Assembly: GCF_000011325.1 (NCBI RefSeq)
Contig: NC_003450.3
Span: 2,070,001 to 2,102,000 of the forward strand
DNA from: Corynebacterium glutamicum ATCC 13032
GTDB taxonomy: Bacteria > Actinomycetota > Actinomycetes > Mycobacteriales > Mycobacteriaceae
Reading direction: 5' to 3'
Length of the DNA: 32,000 bases
The translations under genes and the position numbers were made by a program. Below the pieces are notes generated by a model, which was not told the DNA's origin, did no database searches, and saw only the letters and a program-made list of their open reading frames with translations. This document shows, piece by piece, positions 7,119 through 16,915 of this stretch (the stretch's first letter is position 1; each line of letters opens with the position of its first letter).

Positions 7119-9275
7119 TTACAGGGACTCGCGTGAAGCGCGAACCTCATCGTCACCGATGTGCGTGGTTTCCGCAGTCATCGGAATGACGGTTGGCATG
7201 ATGACCGGCTGGCGCTTCCACTTCTGCTCGACGAAGCGAGAGAGCTTGCGGCGCAGCTGCTGAACCATGCGGTAAGGATCGTTTTCACCTTCAGCTGCAA
7301 GATCATTCATGGTGGTTTCGGACAGCTCAGTGACCTCACCCATCATGGACTTTGCATCCTCAGAGAAACCGCTGGTCTGAACGGTTGGGCGCTCCAACAG
7401 ACGGCCAGTGCGGTTGTCGATGACAGCAGTGATCGAGATCAAGCCACCCTCACCAAGCGAGGTACGGTCTGCAAGGATGTCCGCGTCAATATCACCCATG
7501 GTGACACCGTCGACGTAAAGGTTACCAACTGGAATCTGACCAACAACCTGTGCGCGACCGTTGACCATATCAACCACAACACCGTTTTGTGCAAGCACAA
7601 CGTTGTCGCGGTTAACACCAGTGGAGATAGCCAGTTCCTTGTTGGCGCGCAGGTGGCGCCACTCGCCGTGGACAGGCATAGCGTTCTTCGGACGAGCGGC
7701 GTTGTACAAGAACAACAGCTCTCCGGAGTAGCCGTGGCCCGAGGTGTGCACCTTGGCGTCGCGACCGGTAACAACAGTTGCACCGATCTGAGCCAGCATG
7801 TTGATGACACCGAACACTGCTTCTTCGTTACCTGGAACCAGGGAGGAAGAAAGGATAATCAAGTCTCCATCACGGACAGTGATCTGTCGGTGCTCACGAC
7901 GCGCCATGCGAGACAGCGCAGCCATAGGCTCACCCTGAGTACCAGTGGTAATCAGCATGACCTTGTGAGGAGCCATACGAGAAGCATCATCCATGGAAAT
8001 AATGGTTCCGCGAGGTGCCTTCAGGTAACCAAGCTTCTCCGCAATCTCCATGTTGCGAATCATGGAACGACCGTTGAATGCAACCTTACGGTTGGACGCA
8101 ACGGCAGCATCCACAGCTGCCTGAACGCGGTACACGTTGGAAGCAAACGACGCCAAAATGACGCGCTGCTTAGCATCGCCGACCAAACGCTTCAGGGTTG
8201 GAGCAACATCAGCTTCAGATCCAGAAACACCAGGGGTGGTGGCGTTGGTGGAGTCACACAGCATCAAGTCCACGCCCTCGTCACCGAAACGGGACAATGC
8301 AGGCAGGTCAGTTGGGCGTCCATCAGGAGGAGTCTGATCCAGCTTGATGTCACCGGTGTGGATGACCAAACCAGCAGGAGTCTTGATAGCAAGACCAAGG
8401 CAGTCTGGGATGGAGTGGTTAACAGCCCAGAAGCGAATGTTGAACGGTCCGCGGTCCTCATTGGACTGCTCGTTGACCTCGATCAGCTTCGGACGCTGAC
8501 GGTGTTCCTTACACTTAGCTGCAATCAGAGCCAAGGTGAAACGGGATGCCAAGATTGGGATATCGTTGCGCAGCTTCAGCAGCCAGGGAATAGCACCAAT
8601 GTGGTCTTCGTGTCCGTGAGTAACCACCAATGCATCGACGCGGTGCAGGTGATCCTCAATTGGGCCGAAGTCAGGAAGAATCAGGTCAACGCCTGGCTCA
8701 CCTGAAGATGGGAAGAGCACACCACAGTCCACGATGAGCAGACGGTTGTTGTACTCAAACACGGTCATGTTGCGACCGATTTCGGAAATGCCACCAAGTG
8801 CGTAAATACGCAGACCGTTTGCCGGTGCCTTTGGTGGCTCTGGCAGGCGCTGGGTCAGATCCGCACCCTGCATCGACTTAACAACGTTTCGGCGTCCGCC
8901 ACCGCGGTTGCCACGGTTTCCGCCCTGACGGTTCTGGTTACCGCTGTTGTTGTTCGCGCCCTCATTGGCGTTTCCGGATCCACGACGTCCACGACCACCG
9001 CGACGGTTGTTGTTGGAACGGTTGCGGTTGTTGTTTCCGGACTCGCGGTTCTGGGAACCTTGAGCGTTCTGGGAACCCTGAGAATCTTGGGATCCTTGAG
9101 CACCTTGCGCAGCATCCCGATTGTCGTTTCCGGCGGTCTCAGCTTTTACAGCGCTCTGGTTAGAGGAAGCATCTGGTGCCTGAAAGACAGGGGTATCCAG
9201 ATGGTTTTCCTGACCAGCTTCTGGTGGGCCCGCCTTGCGGGTAACCTTCCGGCCGCGATTTCGGGAATCATTCAT
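7119..9275 (-). CDS. rnj: Ribonuclease J (metallo-beta-lactamase/beta-CASP RNase) with a long low-complexity N-terminal extension
   Basis: 718-aa ORF. Metallo-beta-lactamase motif VVTHGHEDHIG. The order of beta-CASP and C-terminal domains matches RNase J. The first roughly 150 aa are Asn/Gly/Arg/Gln/Ser-rich (GSQDSQGSQNAQGSQN, RRGGRGRRGS, RGNRGGGRR). The ATG lies 2 nt after the dapA stop. Confidence 0.92.
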   Translation of the reverse strand: MNDSRNRGRKVTRKAGPPEAGQENHLDTPVFQAPDASSNQSAVKAETAGNDNRDAAQGAQGSQDSQGSQNAQGSQNRESGNNNRNRSNNNRRGGRGRRGSGNANEGANNNSGNQNRQGGNRGNRGGGRRNVVKSMQGADLTQRLPEPPKAPANGLRIYALGGISEIGRNMTVFEYNNRLLIVDCGVLFPSSGEPGVDLILPDFGPIEDHLHRVDALVVTHGHEDHIGAIPWLLKLRNDIPILASRFTLALIAAKCKEHRQRPKLIEVNEQSNEDRGPFNIRFWAVNHSIPDCLGLAIKTPAGLVIHTGDIKLDQTPPDGRPTDLPALSRFGDEGVDLMLCDSTNATTPGVSGSEADVAPTLKRLVGDAKQRVILASFASNVYRVQAAVDAAVASNRKVAFNGRSMIRNMEIAEKLGYLKAPRGTIISMDDASRMAPHKVMLITTGTQGEPMAALSRMARREHRQITVRDGDLIILSSSLVPGNEEAVFGVINMLAQIGATVVTGRDAKVHTSGHGYSGELLFLYNAARPKNAMPVHGEWRHLRANKELAISTGVNRDNVVLAQNGVVVDMVNGRAQVVGQIPVGNLYVDGVTMGDIDADILADRTSLGEGGLISITAVIDNRTGRLLERPTVQTSGFSEDAKSMMGEVTELSETTMNDLAAEGENDPYRMVQQLRRKLSRFVEQKWKRQPVIMPTVIPMTAETTHIGDDEVRASRESL

Positions 9276-9277
9276 AT

Positions 9278-10183
9278 TTATAGAACTCCAGCTTTTTTCA
9301 TGTCTTCTCGGAGAGCCTCAAGTTCCTGCTCATTTGGAGCCATAATTGGAAGTCGAGGATCTCCTACGTTGATGCCCTGCAGACGCAGAGCAGCTTTTGC
9401 CAAGCTGACTCCACCCAAGCGACCTTGGGCAGCTACCAGCGGTGATAGTTTGGCGTTGATTTCCCGCGCACGGACGAGGTCGCCTTCCTCGAAGCTTGTG
9501 TACAACTCACGTAATGCTGTGGGGGCTGCATGTCCAATTACGGAAATGAAACCTGATCCGCCCAAAGCAAGCCAAACAAGGTTTAGTGGGTCATCGCCTG
9601 AATACCAGGCAAGTCCCGTTTCTTTGATCAATGACGTGGCTGCAACGAGGTCACCCTTGGCGTCCTTGACCGCCAAAATCGTAGGTAATTCACTCAGGCG
9701 TCTCATGGTATCAGACTCAATTGGAATACCTGACCGACCAGGAATGTCATAGAGACAAATTGGAACCTCTGTTGCTGCAGCAATTGCACCGAAGTGCGCC
9801 AGCAATCCCTCTTGGCTCGGCTTGGAGTAATAAGGAGTTACAACTAAAAGGCCGTCTGCGCCAGCAGAAGCAGCAGCTTCCGCAAGTTCCACAGATGTCC
9901 GCGTGTTGTTGGTTCCGACACCGGCGATGAGCTTCGCCCGATCCCCAACTTCCTCACGAACGGCCTTGAGCAGTTCTAGTTTTTCAGCGGCGGTTGTCGT
10001 TGGGGATTCACCAGTGGTGCCCGCGAGAACCAAAGAATCCAAGCCCTTATCAACCAAATAAGCCGCGACTTCGCGGCCAGCAGCGATATCGATGTCTCCG
10101 GATTCCGTGAATGGAGTAACCATTGCTACTCCAACGGTGCCGAAGTGCTCTACTCCGGTCTTAGCTGTTAAACCTGTGCTCAT
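9278..10183 (-). CDS. dapA: 4-hydroxy-tetrahydrodipicolinate synthase (dihydrodipicolinate synthase)
   Basis: The protein from [25 protein letters not shown]... to ...[13 protein letters not shown] is 301 aa. I recognise it as C. glutamicum-type DapA. The track's 10192 start is a TTG three codons upstream; I prefer the ATG at 10183. Confidence 0.95.
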
Positions 10184-10191
10184 AGAGTTCA

Positions 10192-10197
10192 AGGTTA
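10192..10197 (-). promoter_or_regulatory. Putative dapA -10 box (TAACCT)
   Basis: The minus strand reads GAAGG-TAACCT-TGAACTCT-ATG. I recall TAACCT as the experimentally studied dapA -10 hexamer in C. glutamicum; this is recollection and unverified here. It lies only 8 nt from the ATG, so the mRNA would be leaderless or nearly so. Confidence 0.5.
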
Positions 10198-10383
10198 CCT
10201 TCTTCCCTCATTTGGGGGTTAAACAACCCCGCAAAAAACCTAACAACTTTTGCATAACAATCGCCCAAGCCACATTCCGATAAGAACAATTGACACGAGC
10301 AAGAGGTTTTTACGGCTGTCTTTTACAGCCAAAAATGTTGTCTTAACTATATGAATTTTTAGCTCGTGGGTGTGAGCTTTGCG

Positions 10384-11136
10384 TTAAAAGTCCATGACAT
10401 ACGGGCTTGTTGCCATTTGCGATCCGTCTGCCAAAGTTTCAATCTCAAAATCACCGAAAACAGTTGGCGCTGCTACCTGCAGCTTTCTTAAACATTCTAC
10501 CGCTACTTCGCGGATTTCGACGTCTGCATGTTCACTGGCTCGCATGCCAATGAAATGCCTCCAGGTGCGGAAGTTTCCAGACACCACGATTCTGGACTCT
10601 GTAGCGTTGGGCAGCACAGCGCGAGCTGCTTGACGAGCCTGCTTTTTCCTTAAAAGTGCATTCGGTTCATCGCCAAGTTTTTCTTCCAGCGCATTAAGCA
10701 GCTCATTGAAAGCGAACCGAGACTCATCCATGGCGTGCATGAAAAGTTCACGCAACTGCGGATCTTCATCGATGAGAGTGGGCACCACTACTTCCGATTC
10801 TCCGCTGTGCACGAAACGCTGAGACAGTTGAGAGAAGGAAAAATGGCGGTGTCGGACCAATTCATGGGTCGCGGACCGAGAAATGCCTCGGATATACATC
10901 GTGGCATTGGCATGCTCAAGCAAAGCAGTGTGCCCCACTTCCATGATGTGGCGCAGATACGCAGCATTGGAAGCAGTTCGAGGGTTCGGCTTATCAAAAG
11001 TTTCGTAGCAGGCACGACCCGCAAACTCGACGAGTGCTTCCGCGCCCTCAACATCAGTTGACCACTCAACATCAGCGGGTGGAGTAAAAGAACTGCACGC
11101 TATCAACTCCACGCTCAATTTAACTTGTTCGGCCAC
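10384..11136 (-). CDS. thyX: FAD-dependent thymidylate synthase ThyX
   Basis: 250-aa ORF with the ThyX signature [14 protein letters not shown] (RHRxxSxxxxSxR). GTG start with an AAAGGAG SD upstream. Confidence 0.93.
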   Translation of the reverse strand: MAEQVKLSVELIACSSFTPPADVEWSTDVEGAEALVEFAGRACYETFDKPNPRTASNAAYLRHIMEVGHTALLEHANATMYIRGISRSATHELVRHRHFSFSQLSQRFVHSGESEVVVPTLIDEDPQLRELFMHAMDESRFAFNELLNALEEKLGDEPNALLRKKQARQAARAVLPNATESRIVVSGNFRTWRHFIGMRASEHADVEIREVAVECLRKLQVAAPTVFGDFEIETLADGSQMATSPYVMDF

Positions 11137-11187
11137 AGCCTTTAAACGCTCCTTTTAAAAAATTCCACCCGCTGCTGAAATGAGCCT

Positions 11188-11943
<756 letters not shown>

Positions 11944-12114
11944 TCATTTTCGTGGGGCGAAGAGTTTTTCAAACGCCCACCAGTCTAGACGTACCCGTTC
12001 AGAAGGTGCTGATATCCATACCTAACTGACCGTTTTGGTCTGTGTTGTTAACGATTGTTCATCAGTTTGTTCCGTTCTAGGGATTAATCACACAGGTGGA
12101 ACTATGTTTGAAAT

Positions 12115-12816
12115 ATGAGACTTAAGTTGCCCTTCACCGCCCGTTCCGCAGGTAGTTCCTTGGCGCTTGTGGTTTCCGCCTCTTTACTTTTAAGTGCTTG
12201 TGATGGAAGCGGCTCAACGCCTACAACCTCTGCTAGTCCTGCTCCAGTTGTGACAGAAACTGAAACCGCTAACCCGGTCACCACAACTCGCACGCCTTCA
12301 GATGCTGCCCCGTCGCCTACCACTTCAGAGCCCACTGGTTCAGAGTCCACCAACTCCCCTTCCCCCACTGCTTTGCCGCCGTTGGGTTCCCCGTCGATGG
12401 ATCAGAAGCAGCAGGCTCAAGTTGGTGACTCCGATATGTCGATCGCTGGCATCCGCGTTGCCGAGCACGAAACGTTCACACGAGTTGTTTTTGATATCGC
12501 CGGTAATGGCCAACCTGGTTGGTGGGTCGATTGGGCCACTGATCCAATTCAGCAGGCGTCAGGTCTTCCAGTTGAGATGGCTGGTGATTCCTTCCTCAAC
12601 GTCAATATTCAAGGCACTGGATATCCTGATCAGGTTGTCGTTCCAGGTATCGATACCGGATCATATCCTGGTGCAGGCATTGTTGAAGACATCAACTTCA
12701 CCAGTATTTTTGAAGCCCGTTCCCAAGTTCTCATTGGTGTATCTGGTCAACCCCGAAATTACTCGGTCTCATTGCTGCAGGAACCAACCAGGCTTGTGGT
12801 GGACATCGTTCACTAG
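12115..12816 (+). CDS. Secreted lipoprotein with a Ser/Thr/Pro-rich linker and a C-terminal beta-rich domain (AMIN-like pattern; function unknown)
   Basis: 233-aa ORF. Signal peptide with lipobox LLSAC at Cys29. A roughly 65-aa T/S/P-rich linker follows. The C-terminal domain starts TRVVFDIAG and ends PTRLVVDIVH, which resembles the AMIN-domain pattern; this is inference. Confidence 0.75.
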   Translation: MRLKLPFTARSAGSSLALVVSASLLLSACDGSGSTPTTSASPAPVVTETETANPVTTTRTPSDAAPSPTTSEPTGSESTNSPSPTALPPLGSPSMDQKQQAQVGDSDMSIAGIRVAEHETFTRVVFDIAGNGQPGWWVDWATDPIQQASGLPVEMAGDSFLNVNIQGTGYPDQVVVPGIDTGSYPGAGIVEDINFTSIFEARSQVLIGVSGQPRNYSVSLLQEPTRLVVDIVH

Positions 12817-12845
12817 CGCTGGAACGCCGTCAACTACAGATAGAA

Positions 12846-12890
12846 AAATGTGGCGCTAAAACCTCGCAATAAGGTTTTAGCGCCACATTT
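12846..12890. terminator. Bidirectional intrinsic terminator between the convergent lipoprotein gene and pnp
   Basis: Perfect 18-bp stem AAATGTGGCGCTAAAACC (12846-12863) / GGTTTTAGCGCCACATTT (12873-12890) with a 9-nt loop. An A-run lies upstream and ATTTTT downstream. Confidence 0.8.
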
Positions 12891-12895
12891 ATTTT

Positions 12896-12920
12896 TAGCC
12901 CGATCTAGCCCGATCTAGCC
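12896..12920. repeat. Short tandem repeat, 10-bp unit TAGCCCGATC x2.5
   Basis: Read directly: TAGCCCGATC TAGCCCGATC TAGCC, between the terminator and the pnp stop codon. Confidence 0.9.
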
Positions 12921-12928
12921 AGAACTAA

Positions 12929-15190
12929 TTAGTCCTCTTCAACAACTGGGACCAAGGAGATCTTGCCGCGGTTGTCGATGTCAGCGATTTCGACCTGAAT
13001 CTTCTCGCCAACCTTCACCACATCGTCGACCTTTTCTACTCGCTTGCCGTTACCCAGCTTGGAGATGTGAACAAGGCCGTCGCGGCCTGGGAGCAAGGAA
13101 ACGAATGCTCCGAATGCGGTGGTCTTGACGACGGTTCCGAGGAAGCGCTCGCCAACCTTTGGCAGCTGTGGGTTCGCCAGAGCGTTGATCTTTTCGATCG
13201 CCGCTTCAGCAGATGCGCCGTCAGCTGCAGAGATGAACACGGTGCCGTCATCTTCGATGGAGATGTTTGCGCCGGTCTCTTCGGTAAGAGCGTTGATGTT
13301 CTTACCCTTTGGTCCGATCAGCTCACCGATCTTTGCCACTGGGATCTTCACGGTGGTGATGCGAGGAGCGAACTTGCTCATCTCATCAGGTCCGTTGATG
13401 ACATCAGCCATGGTGTTCAGGATGGTCAGTCGGGCATCGCGTGCCTGCTCAAGCGCATCGGAGAGCACCTTGGAAGGAATGCCGTCCAGCTTGGTGTCCA
13501 GCTGAAGTGCGGTGATGAAGTCTGCGGTGCCGGCAACCTTGAAGTCCATGTCGCCGAATGCGTCTTCTGCGCCGAGGATGTCGGTCAGTGCAACGTACTC
13601 GGTCTTGCCGTCGATTTCACCGGAAACAAGTCCCATGGCGATACCTGCAACAGGTGCCTTCAGTGGAACACCAGCGTTGTACAGGGACAGAGTGGATGCA
13701 CAGACAGAGCCCATGGAGGTGGAGCCGTTGGAGCCCAGAGCTTCAGAGACCTGACGGATTGCGTATGGGAATTCCTCACGGGATGGGATTACTGGCAAAA
13801 CTGCGCGTTCTGCAAGTGCACCGTGGCCGATTTCGCGGCGCTTTGGTGAGCCCACACGTCCGGTTTCACCGGTGGAGTATGGAGGGAAGTTGTAGTGGTG
13901 CATGTAGCGCTTCGCATCGCCTGGTGCCAGGGAGTCGATTTGCTGTTCCATCTTGAGCATGTCCAGGGTGGTGACACCAAGGATCTGGGTCTCGCCACGC
14001 TCGAAGAGGGAGGAACCGTGCGCACGTGGGATGAGCTCAACTTCTACTGCCAGGTCACGGATGTCGGTGACTCCGCGGCCGTCGATGCGGAAGTGATCGG
14101 TGAGGATCATGCGGCGCACGATGGCCTTCATGACAGCGTTGTATCCTGCACGGATTTCCTTGGACGCTTCAGCTGCTGAGCTGTAGGAAGCCTCGAACTT
14201 TGGAAGCAGTTCGGCTTCGATTTCTTCCATGTAGGCGTTGGTAGCGTCGTCGCGCTCTTGCTTTGCCTTCAGGGTCAGCAAAGAAGCTAGCTTCTTGGAT
14301 ACCTTGCGCTCCACTGCGGAGTACACCTCGTCGGTGTATGGAGGGAACAGTGGGAATTCCTTGGCTGCGTTTCCAACGCGCTGTGCCAGACCTTCCTGTG
14401 CGCGGCACAGGATGTCGATGAATGGCTTAGCTGCTTCAAGGCCGTCGGAGACGATCTTTTCGGTTGGTGCTGGTGCACCGTCCTTGACGCGGTTGACAAC
14501 GTTTTCGGAAGCGCCAGCTTCCACCATCATCACTGCGACGTCGGAGAAGGTCTTGTTGCCGCGCTTGCGCTCGACGAGGCGACCAGCCACAACGATTTCA
14601 AATACGGACTGCTCATGTTGAGCGTGGGTTGGGAATGCAACCCATTGGCCTTCTGGGTGCTTTTCATCAACAACCAGTGCCATGCGAACGCCACCGACAG
14701 CGCCGGAGACAGGAAGTCCGGAGATGCGGGTTGCTGCGGAAGCTCCGTTGATTGCTACGACATCGTAGTAATCCTCAGGGTTCATGGACATGACGGTGAC
14801 AACGATCTGAACCTCATTGCGCAGGCCCTTAACAAAGGTTGGGCGCAGTGGGCGGTCGATGAGACGGCAAGCCAGGATAGCTTCGGTGGATGGGCGACCC
14901 TCCCGACGGAAGAAAGAGCCAGGGATGCGACCAGCTGCGTACATACGCTCTTCAACGTCCACGGTCAGTGGGAAGAAGTCAAAGCCCTCGCGTGGCTGGT
15001 TGGATGCGGTGGTGGTTGCCAGCAGCATCGTGTCATCGTCGAGGTAGGTGGTCACTGCACCATCTGCCTGGCGGGCAAGTTGGCCGGTTTCAAAACGGAT
15101 GGTGCGGGTTCCGAAGTCACCGTTGTCGATGGTTGCGACGGCCTCGATCAGGCCAAATTCGGTGTCTTCGAAGTACTTTACATCGCTCAT
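12929..15190 (-). CDS. pnp: Polyribonucleotide nucleotidyltransferase (PNPase / GPSI)
   Basis: 753-aa ORF with two RNase PH-like domains, a KH domain ([20 protein letters not shown]) and a C-terminal S1 domain ([33 protein letters not shown]). GAGGAG SD upstream. Confidence 0.96.
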   Translation of the reverse strand: MSDVKYFEDTEFGLIEAVATIDNGDFGTRTIRFETGQLARQADGAVTTYLDDDTMLLATTTASNQPREGFDFFPLTVDVEERMYAAGRIPGSFFRREGRPSTEAILACRLIDRPLRPTFVKGLRNEVQIVVTVMSMNPEDYYDVVAINGASAATRISGLPVSGAVGGVRMALVVDEKHPEGQWVAFPTHAQHEQSVFEIVVAGRLVERKRGNKTFSDVAVMMVEAGASENVVNRVKDGAPAPTEKIVSDGLEAAKPFIDILCRAQEGLAQRVGNAAKEFPLFPPYTDEVYSAVERKVSKKLASLLTLKAKQERDDATNAYMEEIEAELLPKFEASYSSAAEASKEIRAGYNAVMKAIVRRMILTDHFRIDGRGVTDIRDLAVEVELIPRAHGSSLFERGETQILGVTTLDMLKMEQQIDSLAPGDAKRYMHHYNFPPYSTGETGRVGSPKRREIGHGALAERAVLPVIPSREEFPYAIRQVSEALGSNGSTSMGSVCASTLSLYNAGVPLKAPVAGIAMGLVSGEIDGKTEYVALTDILGAEDAFGDMDFKVAGTADFITALQLDTKLDGIPSKVLSDALEQARDARLTILNTMADVINGPDEMSKFAPRITTVKIPVAKIGELIGPKGKNINALTEETGANISIEDDGTVFISAADGASAEAAIEKINALANPQLPKVGERFLGTVVKTTAFGAFVSLLPGRDGLVHISKLGNGKRVEKVDDVVKVGEKIQVEIADIDNRGKISLVPVVEED

Positions 15191-15367
15191 ATGCGAGTAG
15201 GTCTCCTCATGTTTAGTTCTGCTCGGCGATCATCGGTGTCGCCGCGAAGATTTCTGCGGTCTAGAACGGTAAAAACCTTACCAGTTCTCTCCAGTTTTCC
15301 CCACTATCAGTTTTAGCGCTACTCGACACGAGTTTTATTCACCAAAACCGGTGGCAGGAAACGCGAG

Positions 15368-15411
15368 AAAACCCGCTTCCCCACCACTTTAAGAGGCAAG
15401 GAAACGGGTTT
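15368..15411 (-). terminator. Imperfect hairpin after rpsO (possible attenuator or processing site in the rpsO-pnp spacer)
   Basis: AAACCCG..CTTCC / GGAAA..CGGGTTT arms with internal mismatches, 22 nt past the rpsO stop. UCUCGCGUUU follows on the minus strand. Confidence 0.35.
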
Positions 15412-15432
15412 AAAAGACTGGAAAAACCAGGC

Positions 15433-15702
15433 TTATCGACGCAGGCCGAGGCGTGCGATCAGATCACGGTAGCGATCAACGTTGTTGTCAGCCAGGTACT
15501 TCAGCAGACCACGACGACGACCAACGAGCAGCAGCAGACCACGACGGGAGTGGTGATCGTGCTTGTGGAACTTGAGGTGCTCGGTGAGGTTGTTGATGCG
15601 GTTGGTCAGAAGCGCGATCTGTGCTTCTGGGGAACCGGTGTCGGTCTCGTGGAGGCCGAACTCGGAAAGGATGGACTTCTTCTGCTCAGAAGTAAGAGCC
15701 AT
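15433..15702 (-). CDS. rpsO: 30S ribosomal protein S15
   Basis: 89-aa [67 protein letters not shown]. This is an unmistakable S15 sequence. AGGAGA SD upstream. Confidence 0.97.
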   Translation of the reverse strand: MALTSEQKKSILSEFGLHETDTGSPEAQIALLTNRINNLTEHLKFHKHDHHSRRGLLLLVGRRRGLLKYLADNNVDRYRDLIARLGLRR

Positions 15703-15814
15703 GGTGTCTCCTAAAAGTTATTTCAGTCCGCATGAAAAATTTTCACTCATTCATCCAAGATAAACCCGGATGATGTGTGTACTTTTCACAACTGCTGCGG
15801 ACCGCAGTCGCAAA

Positions 15815-15844
15815 ACCACCTTGGAAGCTTAACAGCTTGGTGGT
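15815..15844 (-). terminator. Hairpin downstream of the nucleoside hydrolase gene
   Basis: Minus-strand RNA ACCACC-AAGCU-GUUA-AGCUU-(CCAA bulge)-GGUGGU followed by UUUG, 32 nt after the stop at 15876. Confidence 0.4.
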
Positions 15845-15875
15845 ACTTCTCCAAAAACCTTCACCAGAGCTGCTT

Positions 15876-16826
15876 TTACTGCTGTGCTGCGACTCGGCCG
15901 ATGCGGGTCATGAATTCAGAAAGGAAACGATCCACGTCTACGGCGACAGCTGCGCGGGAGGTGCGCACTGGATCGTTGAGGCGGACTTCATCGCCAATGG
16001 TGCGTCCACGGGTCTCGCCCTCAATGTCTACCTTGAGGTTGATGGGGAGCAAAGTGACCAGGCTTGGGTCCACTGCAACGCCTACTGCCAGTGGGTCGTG
16101 CAGGCCGCAACCGCCCAGGTGTGGTGCGGTGGTCTCATATGCCTTGATGTAGTAATCAGTCATGTCGGCCAGTGCGATAGCAGCTGGAGTGCCCAGTTCG
16201 CGCCACTGCGCAGTGTGCTTCTTGGTAAGAAGGGTCTGCAGGGTGACATCAAGACCGATCATGGTGACATCTGCACCGGAACGGAACAGATCGTTTGCTG
16301 CATCTGGGTCCTGGTTGATGTTTGCTTCTGCCCATGTGCTGACGTTGCCTGGGACAGTCAAGGCGCCACCCATGATGACCACGTGAGCCTTGGAAGCAAA
16401 GCTTGGATCCTTTGCGATTGCCGCAGACAGGTTGGTCATGGGACCAGTTGCGATGATCACCAGGTCATCGCCGTGGGTGTTGACGGAATCAATGAGGAAA
16501 TCCACTGCGCCGGGGAGTGCCTTTGACTCGCTTGCTGGCAGCTCGACTTCGCCGATGCCGTTTTGTCCGTGAATGAACGCGGAGATCTCAAGAACTTCAA
16601 AGCCATCCTTGGTCTGTGCGTGTGGCTCACCCAAGTACACAGGTACTTCTGGTGCACCGAACAGATCAAGCAGTGCCAGGTCATTGACTGCACCGGTTTC
16701 GAGTAGCACGTTACCGTAGGTGGTGGTGACACCAATGAGCTCTAGTTCAGGTGAGCCCAGTGCGTAGGCAAGTGCGAGGGCATCATCGATGCCGGTGTCG
16801 ATATCAAGGATGGCTTTTTTGCTCAT
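15876..16826 (-). CDS. iunH: Inosine/uridine-preferring nucleoside hydrolase family protein
   Basis: 316-aa ORF. The N-terminal DIDTGIDDALAL (DxDxxxDD) is the nucleoside hydrolase fingerprint. Confidence 0.9.
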   Translation of the reverse strand: MSKKAILDIDTGIDDALALAYALGSPELELIGVTTTYGNVLLETGAVNDLALLDLFGAPEVPVYLGEPHAQTKDGFEVLEISAFIHGQNGIGEVELPASESKALPGAVDFLIDSVNTHGDDLVIIATGPMTNLSAAIAKDPSFASKAHVVIMGGALTVPGNVSTWAEANINQDPDAANDLFRSGADVTMIGLDVTLQTLLTKKHTAQWRELGTPAAIALADMTDYYIKAYETTAPHLGGCGLHDPLAVGVAVDPSLVTLLPINLKVDIEGETRGRTIGDEVRLNDPVRTSRAAVAVDVDRFLSEFMTRIGRVAAQQ

Positions 16827-16915
16827 GCGTTTTTAACCTTTCAGGTTTTTATTTTTAAGGTCGGGCACCATCATAAGGCACCCGATGTGACAAGCTTGAT
16901 GGCCGGTGACCGGCC

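Noticed and set aside
7161-8705. 514-aa plus-strand ORF, the longest unexplained ORF in the track.
   Set aside because: It lies entirely antisense to the well-supported rnj gene. Its composition is Arg/His/Cys/Val-skewed with no recognisable motifs, no SD and no independent intergenic space. This is the expected stop-codon-poor antisense frame of a GC-biased gene.
15777-16526. 249-aa plus-strand ORF opposite the nucleoside hydrolase gene. Similar antisense ORFs lie in pnp (13067-13849, 14615-15316), infB (24660-25550), nusA (27500-28186), terC (2057-2881) and pgsA (562-1074).
   Set aside because: All lie wholly within better-supported genes on the other strand and lack motifs and start signals.
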